NCBI GenBank assembly: GCA_016906335.1
Contig: JADEYG010000012.1
Location: 186,001 to 250,000 of the forward strand
Origin: Novakomyces olei
Taxonomy: Eukaryota
Direction: 5' to 3'
DNA: 64,000 nt
Part shown: one piece after another, positions 1 through 11,798 of the stretch
Layout of the letters: every line of letters begins with the position of its first letter
How positions within the stretch are numbered: position 1 is the stretch's first letter
Translations under genes and position numbers: made by a program
The notes under the pieces: model-generated
Seen by the model: only the letters and a program-made list of their open reading frames with translations
What the model was told of the DNA's origin: nothing
Databases searched by the model: none

Positions 1-194
1 GCAGCAAGTTCGAGTATGCGATCAACGGCGCAAGACAAATAGGGCCAAGGCCGTTTGGACTGTGCGGGTAAGGCTTGGCCTGAGCCAGCAAATGCAGTTT
101 ATTCATCAAATACCTTTGACATGCCAAAATAATTCTAGTTAATTCTAATACTGGTCTCAGGACCCTGCTGCCGATTTCAAGGGGCAACTTTGCT

Positions 195-545
195 TCAAGG
201 CTTTGGCCGCAGAAATTCATCAACAACCTCGCGAAACTCGTTTGGCTGTTCTGCATGAACCCAGTGGCCAGTCGGCAGATCACTTAAACGGAAACATGGA
301 AAGTACTTTCCGATAACAGGAAGCGCTTCGTCCGTAACATATTTTGAGCGTGTACCGCGTATAAACAGCGCCGGGCCCTTGTACTGTTTGCCCAACAAGT
401 CGTGTGGAAAATCAAACACTCCATGCAAGTATTTCATTAAAATATCGAGCGGTAAACGGTTCTGCAGACAATCTTTTTCGCTGTCGTATTGCAAATTTGT
501 TAACAGAAACTGTCGAACCACCAAATCCTAAAGGACAGAATTAGT

Positions 546-617
<72 letters not shown>

Positions 618-1397
618 AAAAAGATCAACTAGTACCGACTCTGTTTTCGCTAGAATAGCATCGGCCTCTGAGCGCCGTGATACACGAGCTTTGTCAATTT
701 CTTGTAATGCCCGTAAATGCCGCGCTGCATCAGACGATAACTCGGCGTCAATAGGCGCATTATCCACGATCACGGCTGCACTCACAAGCTCCGGATGACG
801 TAAAGCCACCACCATTGCCGTCTTTGCTCCCCTAAGGCGTAAGTTTGTAAAACATCCAAACAAATTCCAGCAAGTGAGAAAAAAAAACGACGAGACAGGG
901 CATCGTAGCGTAGGCCAAACGTCGGACACGGTAGAGTGGAGTACATAGTAAGAGCGAATAAAAGATCCCTCAACTACAGACTGAAAATCGAATAAAAAAC
1001 CAGTAAATTACAGACGGCTTACATGGAATGGCCGAGTAAAACTGCCCGGCCCAGTTTGTGGTCTTGTATAAAGCGCTGAATATCCTCTGCCATTGCGGTA
1101 TACGTGTGCGGCTCCTGACGGGGACTTTCGCCGTGGTTACGAAGGTCCTTTACGTATAAGCACGCTTAGTCTTGCACCGCTTACCACACAGTAGATATCG
1201 CGGTCCAGATCGCGGCAAAACTGTTTCGACAACGAGGCCCAGTTACGTTTTGATCCAAACAGGCCGTGCATAATAACGACAGGCTCTGCTATTTTCGCTT
1301 CTGCTCGTATAACATTATAGCTTAACGGCACAGTCGAAACACTGCGCCGAAAGGATATTGTCGCGTCACGTGCAAACCGGTATCGGCCACGAATCAT
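195..1397 (-). CDS. Alpha/beta hydrolase, ABHD11/IMO32-like, probably mitochondrial; 4 exons (1397-1185, 1147-1023, 831-636, 527-195)
   Basis: Spliced product has HGLFGS, DLRNHGESP, LGHSMGAK (nucleophile elbow) and GHWVHAEQP. Three GT-AG introns keep the frame. N-terminus is Arg-rich. Confidence 0.9.
548..620. repeat. (GAAA)n / (TTTC)n microsatellite in intron 3 of the hydrolase gene
   Basis: Directly visible tetranucleotide array with one slip. Confidence 0.95.
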
Positions 1398-1433
1398 ACT
1401 CTTCAGTCGCAGTCTGATAGCGATAGTGCTCTC

Positions 1434-1575
1434 TATTCAATTATTCAATTATTCAATTATTCAATTATTCAATTATTCAATTATTCAATTATTCAATTAT
1501 TCAATTATTCAATTATTCAATTATTCAATTATTCAATTATATATTGTATATATTGCAATCCACTATCTGATGGCG

Positions 1576-1607
<32 letters not shown>
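1434..1607. repeat. (TTATTCAA)n tandem array (about 13 copies, 1434-1540) plus a (TA)n tract, in a divergent promoter
   Basis: Directly visible between the divergent start codons at 1397 and 1715. Confidence 0.95.
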
Positions 1608-1610
<3 letters not shown>

Positions 1611-1714
1611 ATACATTTGTGAATATTTTATATACGCAGCTATTAAATTATTCGCGATAAAATTAAAGCCAGAATAATTTGGCAGTCCAAGAATTTATTC
1701 GTTTTGCAGGCGTA

Positions 1715-2989
1715 ATGAGCGAGCGGTCGGTCATCAAAGTTCCGGCCACATCGGCCAATATCGGCCCGGGATTTGACGTAGTAGGATTAGCGCTTGATTT
1801 GTCGCTGCAATTGTACGTTCAAGTTGATCGGAGCGCAGCTTCAACGGCACCATTGAACTGCGAGATTGCTTACGAGGGCGAAGGTGCCGACGATGTACCA
1901 CTCGTGGCAGACGCGAATCTCGTAACGCAGACGGCACTCTATGTTCTACGCTGCCACGGGCAGCGCAGTTTTCCGGGACACACGCGGGTTCGGATAGTGA
2001 ACCCGATCCCGCTCGGCAGAGGACTTGGATCAAGTGGTGCTGCTGTTGTAGCGGGAGTGCTTTTGGCCAATTGCGTAGGCCAATTGCGGCTGGACAAGCC
2101 CCGAATGATGGACTATACCCTAATGATCGAACGGCACCCGGACAATGTTACTGCCGCCATGTACGGTGGCTTTGTCGGGTCGTACCTCCGCGATCTTGAC
2201 GCTCGGGATACAGAGCGTAAGGAGATTCCCCTCAGCGAAGTGCTGCCCAGCCCCGCTGGAGGCATTGATACAGGCCTCACTCCGCCGGAACCGCCACACG
2301 GGATTGGCAGCCATATACAGTTTGGCTGGGCTCCAGAGATAAAGGCTGTCGCTGTTATTCCAGAGTTTGAAGTGTCTACTGCCAACGCCAGGGGTGTGCT
2401 TCCCGCCACGTACTCCAAGCACGATTTGGTATGGTGACTTGTTTTGCGGCTTTTGGCCGTCTTTTGCCGTGCTGATTGTAGCGCTTTTTGCTGTTTGCTG
2501 TTTGTTGTTTGCTGTTTGCTACAATCTGCTCTGGCCAAGATTACTTTGCCAATCTCCCAGAGCCCAATATATTTATCTGTTTAGCTGCTTGTTTTACTCA
2601 AATACTTTTTTGCTCTCTCTGTCTTTCACCTCACTAACGGTCAGATCTTCAACTTGCAAAGGCTCGCTGTGCTCACTACCGCACTCACACGCAGCCCGCC
2701 TGATCCTGAGCTCATTTTCCCGGCCATGCAGGATCGTGTACACCAGCCATATCGCAAAACGCTCGTACCAGGACTGGCTCGAGTATTAGAATCAATGACG
2801 CCGCAAACTCGGCCGGGGATACTGGGGCTCTGCCTTTCCGGTGCTGGCCCGACTATCCTGGCCCTGGCTACACACAATTTTGACGAAATTGCGGAAAACA
2901 TTATCGCCGTATTTAAAGACGAGGGAATACAATGCCGGTACCTCGTACTGAACGTGGCTCAGGAAGGAGCTCAATGCTTACCCGCATAA
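1715..2989 (+). CDS. THR1: Homoserine kinase; 2 exons (1715-2428, 2645-2989)
   Basis: KVPATSANIGPGFD, GHMP motif PLGRGLGSSGAA, ERHPDN and LSGAGPT. Intron GTATGG...CTAAC...CAG. Confidence 0.96.
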
Positions 2990-3243
2990 ATCTTAAAGCG
3001 TACACTGAATTTGTAATTTTAGACGATGCATCGAAGCATAATTACATTATGTTCACCAATGGTTTATGTCTTGTCAAGTTGCTTCACAAGGCCCATACAC
3101 TAAACGTACATTCTACATGTATCTAATGGCATCACAAAACACGTATACCTGGCACGTATCAAGCCCCCGTATTATATGCGTACTCGTTAAATGATCACAA
3201 CGGCAATTGAATTATACAATCTCGACCAATCGGCGGATACTCG

Positions 3244-4493
3244 TCAATACTTGGGCGAAACAAAACTCTTGGCCCAATTGCGAAACTTCATGAAAACAGG
3301 CTTTATTCCCAAGGTTTCAAGGTCGGAAATATCAAGATGGCAGTCTTGTGGCCGGTTTACTGTCATTAGCAAGCAGTCAAACACTTTGAGAACTATATAA
3401 AAACAAATGTGTTAAAGTAGCATTAGTATCGGTAAATTGAATGACTAGTTGATTTAAATAAAACAAAAAATAATGGACTAGATGAAGATGGATACCTGAC
3501 GCTCCTGGGGGCAAAACGTTAACAACATTCAAATGTGTAGTCGGCAAGCCCAAATACTCTGCGAAAATGAGGCTAATCTCATATTTCGTGAAGCGTTCTT
3601 GGGCCGAAACGTGTAAAATGCGAGGGCCATCTTGCAGACTGCCTTTACGGTAGACATCAGCAATTTTCACTAGAATCCGTCCAATATCCGACGTATTTGT
3701 TGGGTAGCGGGCTTGAACATTGTCCATATCCACAGTTTTCATGTTCTTGAATATTAGAAAACAATTGAAGCTTATACGCATTTACCTCCACTGCGTCTAG
3801 TAACACCGTAATTGCAGACTCGGTGTTCTTTATGACTTGCCCGTACAGCACAGGCACTCGCACAACAAGAGCATCTTCGTTGCTTTCCAATACCGCCTGT
3901 TCTCCGCGCAATTTCGACTGGCCGTAAAAATTTAGAGGGCTATTAATTAGTATAATGAAGGCGGAATTTAAACACGAATGAAAAAAAGGTGAATGAAATG
4001 AAGATAAAAGAGTCGTACTGCGGCTGGTCCGTGGGGTGATAAGGAGGATTCTTGCCGTCAAATACATAATCGGTCGAAATGTATATCAAAAGAGCACCCT
4101 GCTCTTTGGCGGCAAGAGCCAATGATCGTGAAGCCTCCACGTTTAGGTGCAATACAGCATCTCGCTGAGCCGTAGACTCGGCTACATCCGGCCGTCTCTC
4201 CGCTGCACAATGAATAACTACATCTGGTCTTTCATTTAGAAGCTCATTCACTTTACTGCTATACCTCTGCTGTGCCATAAGCCCGGCAATGGCTTCTGAC
4301 GAGGTGAGATCAAGCTTTAAAACCTCCGCCCCGTCTGCTCGCGTATATCCCGTACGGATAACCGTCCATTCCGCTGAAGAAAACTCACGTGCGACCGCGC
4401 GGCCTAAAAGACCTGAATTGTTAATGAGAAATCAGGAAAATTGCTGTTTGCTTGAGTACCAGTAGCACCCGTAACGAGAACTTTGGGCGTCAT
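3244..4493 (-). CDS. RmlD/dTDP-4-dehydrorhamnose reductase-like SDR (MAT2B family); multi-exon
   Basis: Spliced N-terminus VLVTGATGLLGR, HCAAERRPD, YISTDYVFDG, YGQSK, RVPVLYG and C-terminal RPQDCHLD. Stop TGA at 3244-3246. Confidence 0.88.
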
Positions 4494-4886
4494 TGCTTCT
4501 CCACACTTTTGGTTGTTGTGCTATACACCCATTTATACGGATTTGCACTGTATAATAAATTGCATCATATTATAATGAGCCGTACTTTTTATTAGGAGCC
4601 GTACTTTTTATAATAAAGCACGAAAGCATTGCGTATACGTGATGATACCTTTCTCGAAATTTGTAATTAGTAATGGTTAATTTATTTTGCTAATATATGG
4701 ATTATATTGGAAATTCATGGTAGTTTATACCAATTATTACCCTTTTTTATTTTATTTAATTATATGATTTAAATTATTTATATAATATTTTATTTAATTT
4801 CATAATATTTTATTTAATTTCATAATATTTTATTTTATAAATTTCATAATTTTCTAAAACAGCATCATCTGTCCATCGCCTTTGCA

Positions 4887-6190
4887 ATGCGAGCTGCTTC
4901 AATTCTGCGGTCCGTATTTCGCGGGGGACCGCCCGTTGAAGGCTTTGTTGGAGCAATTGGTAAGTCTTTAGTTCCCTGATGTTTACTAAAAGAACCTTCT
5001 TCTAATACAAAGGCAATACTCCATTGATTCGTATAAAGAGCCTCTCGGACGAGACCGGCTGCAATGTATATGGAAAAGCGGGTAATACCAAAATGCACGC
5101 TCGTCCACGATCCTAATCCCCACAGAATTTATGAATCCTGGCGGCAGTGTCAAAGACAGAGCTGCTCTTTTCGTTATCAAGGACGCAGAAGAACGGCGTC
5201 TGCTTGGACCTGGAGGAACAGTCGTTGAGGGCACTGCCGGCAATACTGGCATTGGTCTGGCTCATGTGTGCCGGGCTCGTGGCTACAACTGTGTAATTTA
5301 TATGCCCAACACCCAATCTCAAGAAAAAATAGATCTTTTACGGATGCTCGGTGCTGATGTTCGGCCAGTGCCGGCAGTGCCCTTTAATAATCCAGATAAT
5401 TATAACCATCAGGCGGCAAGATACGCAAAGTCCTTGAGCAATGCCGTCTGGACAAATCAGTTTGACAATACTGCCAACAGACGCGCCCATATTGAGACAA
5501 CGGGTCCGGAAATTTGGGCTCAGCTGGATGGGAAAGTGCATGGGTTCACGGCTGCTACTGGGACCGGAGGGACATTTGCCGGAACGACACGCTTCCTCAA
5601 GGACGCTAGTGAAGGAGCTGTCAAGTGCGTTTTGGCTGATCCTCCTGGGAGCGTGCTCTACAATTACATAAAGCACGGAAAGCTTGAACGTGAGGGGACT
5701 AGCAGTATTACAGAGGGAATCGGCCAGGGCAGGGTTACGGATAACTTGAAGCCGGATATTGACTTGGTGGATGATGCCCTGCATATTCCTGATGCAAAGT
5801 CGATTGCTATGGTCTTCCGAATGCTGGACGAAGAAGGGTTGTACCTCGGCGCCTCGTCCGCTCTCAATGTAGTTGCCGTACACGAGCTCGCAAAACTCAT
5901 GGGGCCCGGACATAATGTCGTCACTATTTTGTGTGACGGTGCCTACAGATACGCTACGGTATGGACATGCATTTTTGTTTTTATTTTTCTATATTTTTAT
6001 ATATTTATTTATTGATTTTATAATTTATAATTTACAATTTATTTTGCGCATCTTGTTGTCTTCACATGAATGTTTTACGCGCTATTATTATCATCGGCTA
6101 ATCATCCAGCGGCTGTTCAACCGACAATGGCTGGAAAGTAAAGGCCTGCTCGACGCGATTCCCAAACACCTGCACAAGTATGCTCGCTAA
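4887..6190 (+). CDS. Cysteine synthase (O-acetylserine sulfhydrylase, cysB/cys11 type); 4 exons
   Basis: IGNTPLI, PLP-lysine motif [28 protein letters not shown] and C-terminal [13 protein letters not shown]. Introns at 4960-5012, 5082-5125 and 5959-6109. Confidence 0.93.
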
Positions 6191-6464
6191 ATTAGATTGA
6201 AAATGTAATATTATCATACATGAACGAAGCATCCCTGTGTAGTCAGTCGGACGGAGTAGCTTTGATTAGTAGATTTTTTTTTTTGGTTAATTCTGAAACA
6301 TATTCTGAATTATGTATTCTGAATTAATTCAATCGTTTATTCCAGTACGCTCATACAGTGCACTTTAAATCTATTCATATTCGTGTACGCTTTGCATTAC
6401 ATTTTCGCTCTATACGCGTCTTTCAGCCGGTATCATTTTGCCTCCTTTTCATCGTTTGGCTTTC

Positions 6465-6690
6465 CTTTCACTTTTCCTTTACTTTTACTTTTCCTTTCCT
6501 TTTACTTTTCCTTTACTTTTACTTTTCCTTTACTTTTACTTTTGCTTCCCTTTTACTTTTCCTTCACTTTTACTTTTCCTTTCCTTTTACTTTTCCTTTA
6601 CTTTTACTTTTCCTTCCTTTTACTTTTCCTTCCTGCTTTCTACATTTCCATTCTCTCTTTTTTTCCTTCTTTCCCCTTTATTTTATAAAC
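6465..6690. repeat. Degenerate pyrimidine-rich hexamer array (TTTTAC/TTTTCC) between convergent genes
   Basis: Directly visible. It is the source of spurious Phe/Leu ORFs. Confidence 0.9.
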
Positions 6691-6718
6691 TCTCTCTGCT
6701 ATGCCTTCATCACCCAGC

Positions 6719-9700
6719 CTATCCGACCCACTGGCGAGCATTCTGGAAAATCTTTATCCAGGGCCCATGCATTCCCCACTCACTGCTAGAGCTCGGGACC
6801 CAAGAATTGGCTGACCGCATAACTACGCGTTCAGGATGGGGCATAAGAATAAGCACGCGTCCGTCTGCCGACTGTACTCCAGCAGTCCCGTTTACGCTTC
6901 CGTTTGGATTGTAAGGGTACCGCTGAGTGACCCTTCCATAGTTGTCGACGTACCGCACAGGCACTAGTCCGTTGTGCTCTGCCGAGTGCAATTGGGACCC
7001 ATCACCAAAATTTGCCTGGCCTTCTCCGTGAGCTGCAACAACAGGGATCCTTGAGCCCTGCATACCACGTAAAAACACAGAGTCCTTTACTAAACCCTCG
7101 TCTCCGATTGCGAGCGTGACCACACGTGCTTCATACTGCTCCGATACATTTCGCTCAAAGGCAGGCCAGTCTTGAGCGCCCGGGATAAGAGCCTTTAGCT
7201 GGGCAATAAACTGGCAGCCGTTGCAGGCACCAAGGGCAAATGTATCCTTGCGTGCAAAAAACTGGGCAAAGGACTGCCGTGTCTGTGGATGGTAGAGGAC
7301 GCTCTTGGCCCAGCCGGACCCAGCGCCGAGCACGTCTCCGTACGAGAAGCCTCCACAGGCTGCGAGTCCAGCAAATTCGCTAAACTCGATTTTGCCTGCA
7401 ATTATGTCCGACATGTGTACATCGACGGCAGTAAAACCGGCTGCCATAAAGGCATAGGCCATTTCCATATGGCCATTGACGCCCTGCTCTCTCAGGATCA
7501 TGACTTTGGGCCGAGAGAGCGGTACTGTAGACGTAATTGTAGGCAGTTTTGTAGGCGAAGCCCATTCAAAGCTAAAGTCATACACGAGCCCCGGGTCAGA
7601 GTCGTCCAGGATAGACTCATACTCCTGCTCAGCAACCCTAGGGTTATCGCGGCGGCTCTGCATGGCAAACGAGGTGGCTGACCAGAGCTGCTGCAGCTGC
7701 CCGCGGCTGCACTCAAAGGCCACCGTGTCGCCAGGCCCTATAATTTTCAGTGTGGCCTGCTGCTGAGCCAGAGTCCGGCCAATGCAAAAGACACTGTCCA
7801 GTGGGAAGCCTTTGGCTTGTAGAATAGAGTAAAAATCTTTGGCTCTGCTCTCCGGCACCTGGAAAACTGCACCCAGTTCTTCGTTGAAGAGTGCCGCTGC
7901 CATATCGTCAGCAGAACTGCTCTTTGCGTAAGTCGACACGTCCAACTCGACGGCAATTCGGCGCCCGGAAAAGAGCATTTCTGCCACTGTCGCAAACAGT
8001 CCTCCGTCAGATCTGTCGTGGTACGCCTGTACGATATTTACATTGTCTTGATCGTAATCGGCTCTGCTCTCTTCCTCCGTCAGTGGCCCGTTTTGCGTAT
8101 GGAGCTGCGCTACTGACTGCATAAACGCCCGGAGCAGAGGCGCGTCCACGTCCGGTGTTTCCTCTCCAATTTGGCCATAAACCTGTGCAAGAGCAGACCC
8201 GCCGAGCCGCTGGTGCTTGTTGGACAGATCCACAAGAAAGAGGAGCGAGTTTCCTTTTTGCAGTTGAGGCGTCCACGTCCGTTCCACGTCCTGGACAGGC
8301 GCAAAGGCTGTAATAACGACAGAGACAGGGCTCGTTACCTGTACTTGCTGTCTCTCGTTTACTATATCATCAGTAGGAGTAGAAGTAGCAGTAGGAGTAG
8401 CAGTAGGAGTAGCAGTAGTAGAAGCAGTATTAGCAGTAGTAGTATCAGCAGTATTAGGAGTAGTATCAGTAGTAGTAGCAGTAGTATTAGCAGCCAAGTT
8501 CTGGCTGCTGGATTTGCTTCGTTTAGCACTGCCCCCCACTCTATCCTGCCACCACTGCATCTTCATCGACATGGAATCCTTGCCGACGGGAATAGCGATA
8601 CCCAGAGAAGGGCAGAGGCCAAGGCCGATGGCTTCAACGGCCTTGTACAGTCGGACCCCCTCTCCGCTCTGGCCTGGAGCAGCCATCCAGTTGGCACTCA
8701 GCTTTACATGGTCCAGGCTGGCAATATCAGCACTGGCCAAGTTGGTGAGGGACTCACCAACTGCCATCCTGGCCGAGGCTTCGCTCGAGTAGAAAGCCAG
8801 CAGCGGCCTTTCGCCCATAGACATTGCTTCGCCTCTGCCACAAGTATCGCCAAGCCCGGCTCTCGTAACACCAGCATCGGCCACGGGGACCTGCCAGGGA
8901 CCCACCATTTGGTCACGGGCCACTAGCCCAGTGACGGATCTGTCGCCGATAGTAATGAGGAAGGATTTGCTGGCCACTGAGGGCAATTGCAGGACCCGTT
9001 CAACTGCCTCCCGAAGGCTGTCAGTGTGGTCTGTGAGCCTAAAGGGCACAAGTTTGTGTACTACAGACGCATCCTCTCGCGACATCCGTGGCGGTTTGCC
9101 AAACAGCACATGCATCGGCAGATCGATTGGCGAATCGCCAAACAGCGAATCCTTGACGACCAACTGCTCTCTCTCAGTAGCGAAGCCGACTACGGCAAAG
9201 GGACACCGTTCCCTATCCGCAATTCCACGGAAAAGCGAAACTGCTGTTTCAGCGATTGCCAGGACGTACCGCTCCTGAGCTTCACAGCACCAAATTTGCA
9301 TTGGCGAGAGACCCGACTCGGCACTCGGAATTGATCGCAGATCAATTTCGGCTCCGAGTCCGGCATCGTTGACGAGCTCCGGCAGAGCGTTCGACAGGCC
9401 GCCCGCTCCTACATCGTGGATTGACTGGATAGGGTTTTCCTGGCCGAGACAAGTGCAGGCGTCGATGACCATTTGCGCTCTCCGCTCCATCTCTGGATTG
9501 CCCCGTTGCACTGAAGCGAAATCAAGGTCAGCTGAGGCTTCTCCCGAAGACATGCTGGAGGCTGCACCGCCTCCAAGTCCGATCAGCATAGCCGGTCCGC
9601 CCAGGACAATCAGGCGAGAGCCTGGTTGTATGCCTCTAGTGGCAGAATTGACGCCTTTGCCTTTTTCCTCTACCCCACCCTTCAAGGCGTGGCCGGGACG

Positions 9701-11056
9701 TACAGTGCCCACTCCTCCAGCCAGCATTATAGGCTTATGGTACCCCCAAACACTGCCACTGATGCGCATAGTAAATGTTCTAAAGTACCCATTGATACAC
9801 GGACGGCCAAACTCGTTGTTGAAGGCAGCACTGCCGAGTGGAGCTTCGACCATAATCTCATACGCAGAGGCAATATGGCCCGGCTGGCCTATATCCTGCT
9901 GCTCCCAGGGCTGAGTGGCCCCAGGGATGAGCAGGTCAGAGGTACTGAAGCCGCAGAGGCCAGCCTTGGGACGGGATCCAGTGCCCACTGCTCCTTCGTC
10001 CCTGATCTCTCCGCCGGAGCCGGTAGCGGCTCCGGCAAAAGGCGAGACGGCAGTTGGATGGTTGTGGGTCTCTACTTTGCCCAGGAAATGGATACGTTCG
10101 CCAGCGGTTACGAGCCAAGTATGGCTGTGTGTATCCGCATACACGAGCGTGGAAATGCTGCCGTCAAAGACGGCAGCATTGTCCGAGTAGGCGCTCACTG
10201 TATACTGCGGACTGTGGGTATGGGTATTGCGAATCATAGAGAAGAGCGACTGCCGCTGCCGCTCTCCGTCCAGAGTCCATTCCGCATTAAATATCTTGTG
10301 ACGGCAGTGCTCCGAGTTTACCTGCGCAAACATAAACAGCTCAGCGTCGCTCGGAGACTTGCCTGCCAGTTCTCCTCCACTGGCGTAAGCACGGAGGAGG
10401 TACGCCATCTCCTCCGGAGCCAGAGCCAAGCCAAACTCCTTGTTGGCCCGCTCAAGGGTCTCGAGCGAGGCACCCATATCTGTGCCACCAATATCCACAC
10501 GAACAAGCCGCTGCGGCTGCTCAAGTTGGCCAAAGAGATCGTCTGCTGACGGCAGTCTGTGTACCATTAGAGACTGTGTCATTCTGTCACAGAGCACATC
10601 GTGCAGGAGAGCGATATGCTGAGTCAGCAGCGGCTGCGTAGACTGCACAAGCAATGCAGAGCCGCGCTCTATTGCGTCAACGGCACTCGCAAGCTCACAG
10701 ACACGGGCAATGTCTGTCGCCTTTGTGGACCAAGGCGATATTGTGCCTGTGCGCGGCTGTACATACACGATTAAAAGGTTAGAGTCCGTGCAAGTGCCAT
10801 TGCCAGTAACGGCAGTTTTTAGCGACTGTGCTAGTGCGTCAGAGGGTGGGTAGTGGGCGCCATAGTCGAGCAGACGGTCGAGGCTCTCTTCTGCTGCCTC
10901 ACTCAGCTCACCTGACTGCTTTACATAGTGGACCCAGATACCCCGCACCGCTGTCACTGCGCCAGGCGCTGACGTCCGCAAGGCGGCATTGAGCGATGCC
11001 GCTAGCCGGTCCTGGCGGAAATCGGAGAGCGCTCGGCTCCCTGGTTTGACCAGCAT
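6719..11056 (-). CDS. ADE6: Phosphoribosylformylglycinamidine (FGAM) synthase, single ORF of 1445 aa
   Basis: QVNSEHCRHKIFNA, KVETHNHPTA, HDVGAGGLSNA, GGFSYGD, glutaminase GACNGCQ and MPHPER. Confidence 0.98.
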   Translation of the reverse strand: MLVKPGSRALSDFRQDRLAASLNAALRTSAPGAVTAVRGIWVHYVKQSGELSEAAEESLDRLLDYGAHYPPSDALAQSLKTAVTGNGTCTDSNLLIVYVQPRTGTISPWSTKATDIARVCELASAVDAIERGSALLVQSTQPLLTQHIALLHDVLCDRMTQSLMVHRLPSADDLFGQLEQPQRLVRVDIGGTDMGASLETLERANKEFGLALAPEEMAYLLRAYASGGELAGKSPSDAELFMFAQVNSEHCRHKIFNAEWTLDGERQRQSLFSMIRNTHTHSPQYTVSAYSDNAAVFDGSISTLVYADTHSHTWLVTAGERIHFLGKVETHNHPTAVSPFAGAATGSGGEIRDEGAVGTGSRPKAGLCGFSTSDLLIPGATQPWEQQDIGQPGHIASAYEIMVEAPLGSAAFNNEFGRPCINGYFRTFTMRISGSVWGYHKPIMLAGGVGTVRPGHALKGGVEEKGKGVNSATRGIQPGSRLIVLGGPAMLIGLGGGAASSMSSGEASADLDFASVQRGNPEMERRAQMVIDACTCLGQENPIQSIHDVGAGGLSNALPELVNDAGLGAEIDLRSIPSAESGLSPMQIWCCEAQERYVLAIAETAVSLFRGIADRERCPFAVVGFATEREQLVVKDSLFGDSPIDLPMHVLFGKPPRMSREDASVVHKLVPFRLTDHTDSLREAVERVLQLPSVASKSFLITIGDRSVTGLVARDQMVGPWQVPVADAGVTRAGLGDTCGRGEAMSMGERPLLAFYSSEASARMAVGESLTNLASADIASLDHVKLSANWMAAPGQSGEGVRLYKAVEAIGLGLCPSLGIAIPVGKDSMSMKMQWWQDRVGGSAKRSKSSSQNLAANTTATTTDTTPNTADTTTANTASTTATPTATPTATSTPTDDIVNERQQVQVTSPVSVVITAFAPVQDVERTWTPQLQKGNSLLFLVDLSNKHQRLGGSALAQVYGQIGEETPDVDAPLLRAFMQSVAQLHTQNGPLTEEESRADYDQDNVNIVQAYHDRSDGGLFATVAEMLFSGRRIAVELDVSTYAKSSSADDMAAALFNEELGAVFQVPESRAKDFYSILQAKGFPLDSVFCIGRTLAQQQATLKIIGPGDTVAFECSRGQLQQLWSATSFAMQSRRDNPRVAEQEYESILDDSDPGLVYDFSFEWASPTKLPTITSTVPLSRPKVMILREQGVNGHMEMAYAFMAAGFTAVDVHMSDIIAGKIEFSEFAGLAACGGFSYGDVLGAGSGWAKSVLYHPQTRQSFAQFFARKDTFALGACNGCQFIAQLKALIPGAQDWPAFERNVSEQYEARVVTLAIGDEGLVKDSVFLRGMQGSRIPVVAAHGEGQANFGDGSQLHSAEHNGLVPVRYVDNYGRVTQRYPYNPNGSVNGTAGVQSADGRVLILMPHPERVVMRSANSWVPSSSSEWGMHGPWIKIFQNARQWVG

Positions 11057-11109
11057 TGCTCAGATAAAGAATTTGACAACGGTCCAGATGCTATACTATC
11101 GATATATCA

Positions 11110-11295
11110 TAATTATTATTGAAACAATTATTGAAATAATTATTGAAATAATTATTCAATAAAATGAATAACGAATTATTAAAAAAAATAATGAATTATT
11201 AAAATAAATAATGAATTATTAAAAAAAATAATGAATATTTATTGGAATAATTATTGAAATAATTATTGAAATAAATAATGAATCAAAATGAATAA
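11110..11295. repeat. AT-rich degenerate tandem repeats (AATTATTGAAAT; AATAATGAATTATTAAAA) in the ADE6/SWP1 divergent promoter
   Basis: Directly visible. Confidence 0.8.
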
Positions 11296-11798
11296 TGTCC
11301 ATAATGTCGATTGTGTCGATTAGAATTCACAGTACTGTTGAAAAGTGGACTCGATACATAACCAACTCTATTTCCTGGAAATAATTCAGTTTTTACATGC
11401 ATATTCTACATTACTCACTGAAATCTCCAAATCATATATTCTCGTTCCAGATTTATATATTCATCATTAATTGGGTATTATACATATAGCCCTGATCGCG
11501 CCTCTGAGCCTTGGCGGACCTATACCATTCTTTACTACAGTCAGATTGTCAATATCTGTTCAAACATCCAAATAACCTTAATAATTTTACACTATTCGCT
11601 ATATTATTTTGCTAAATATTGTGTATCCGCTTGTTATATTGCTAATATTCATAGTATTCCTCCATTATTTTGTTAAACATTGAGTGTTCACTATATTATA
11701 TTGTAAATTTCACAGTATTCCTATATTATAATATTAGTACCCATTCGAATTGCTCAACGATATTTCATATAAATCATCAGCTAAAGGCCACAGGCAAC

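Noticed and set aside
7195..10622. Many antisense or alternate-frame ORFs of 60-307 aa inside ADE6 (likewise inside catalase, YCG1 and the GCP5-like gene)
   Set aside because: Shadow ORFs of GC-rich coding sequence with no recognisable motifs.
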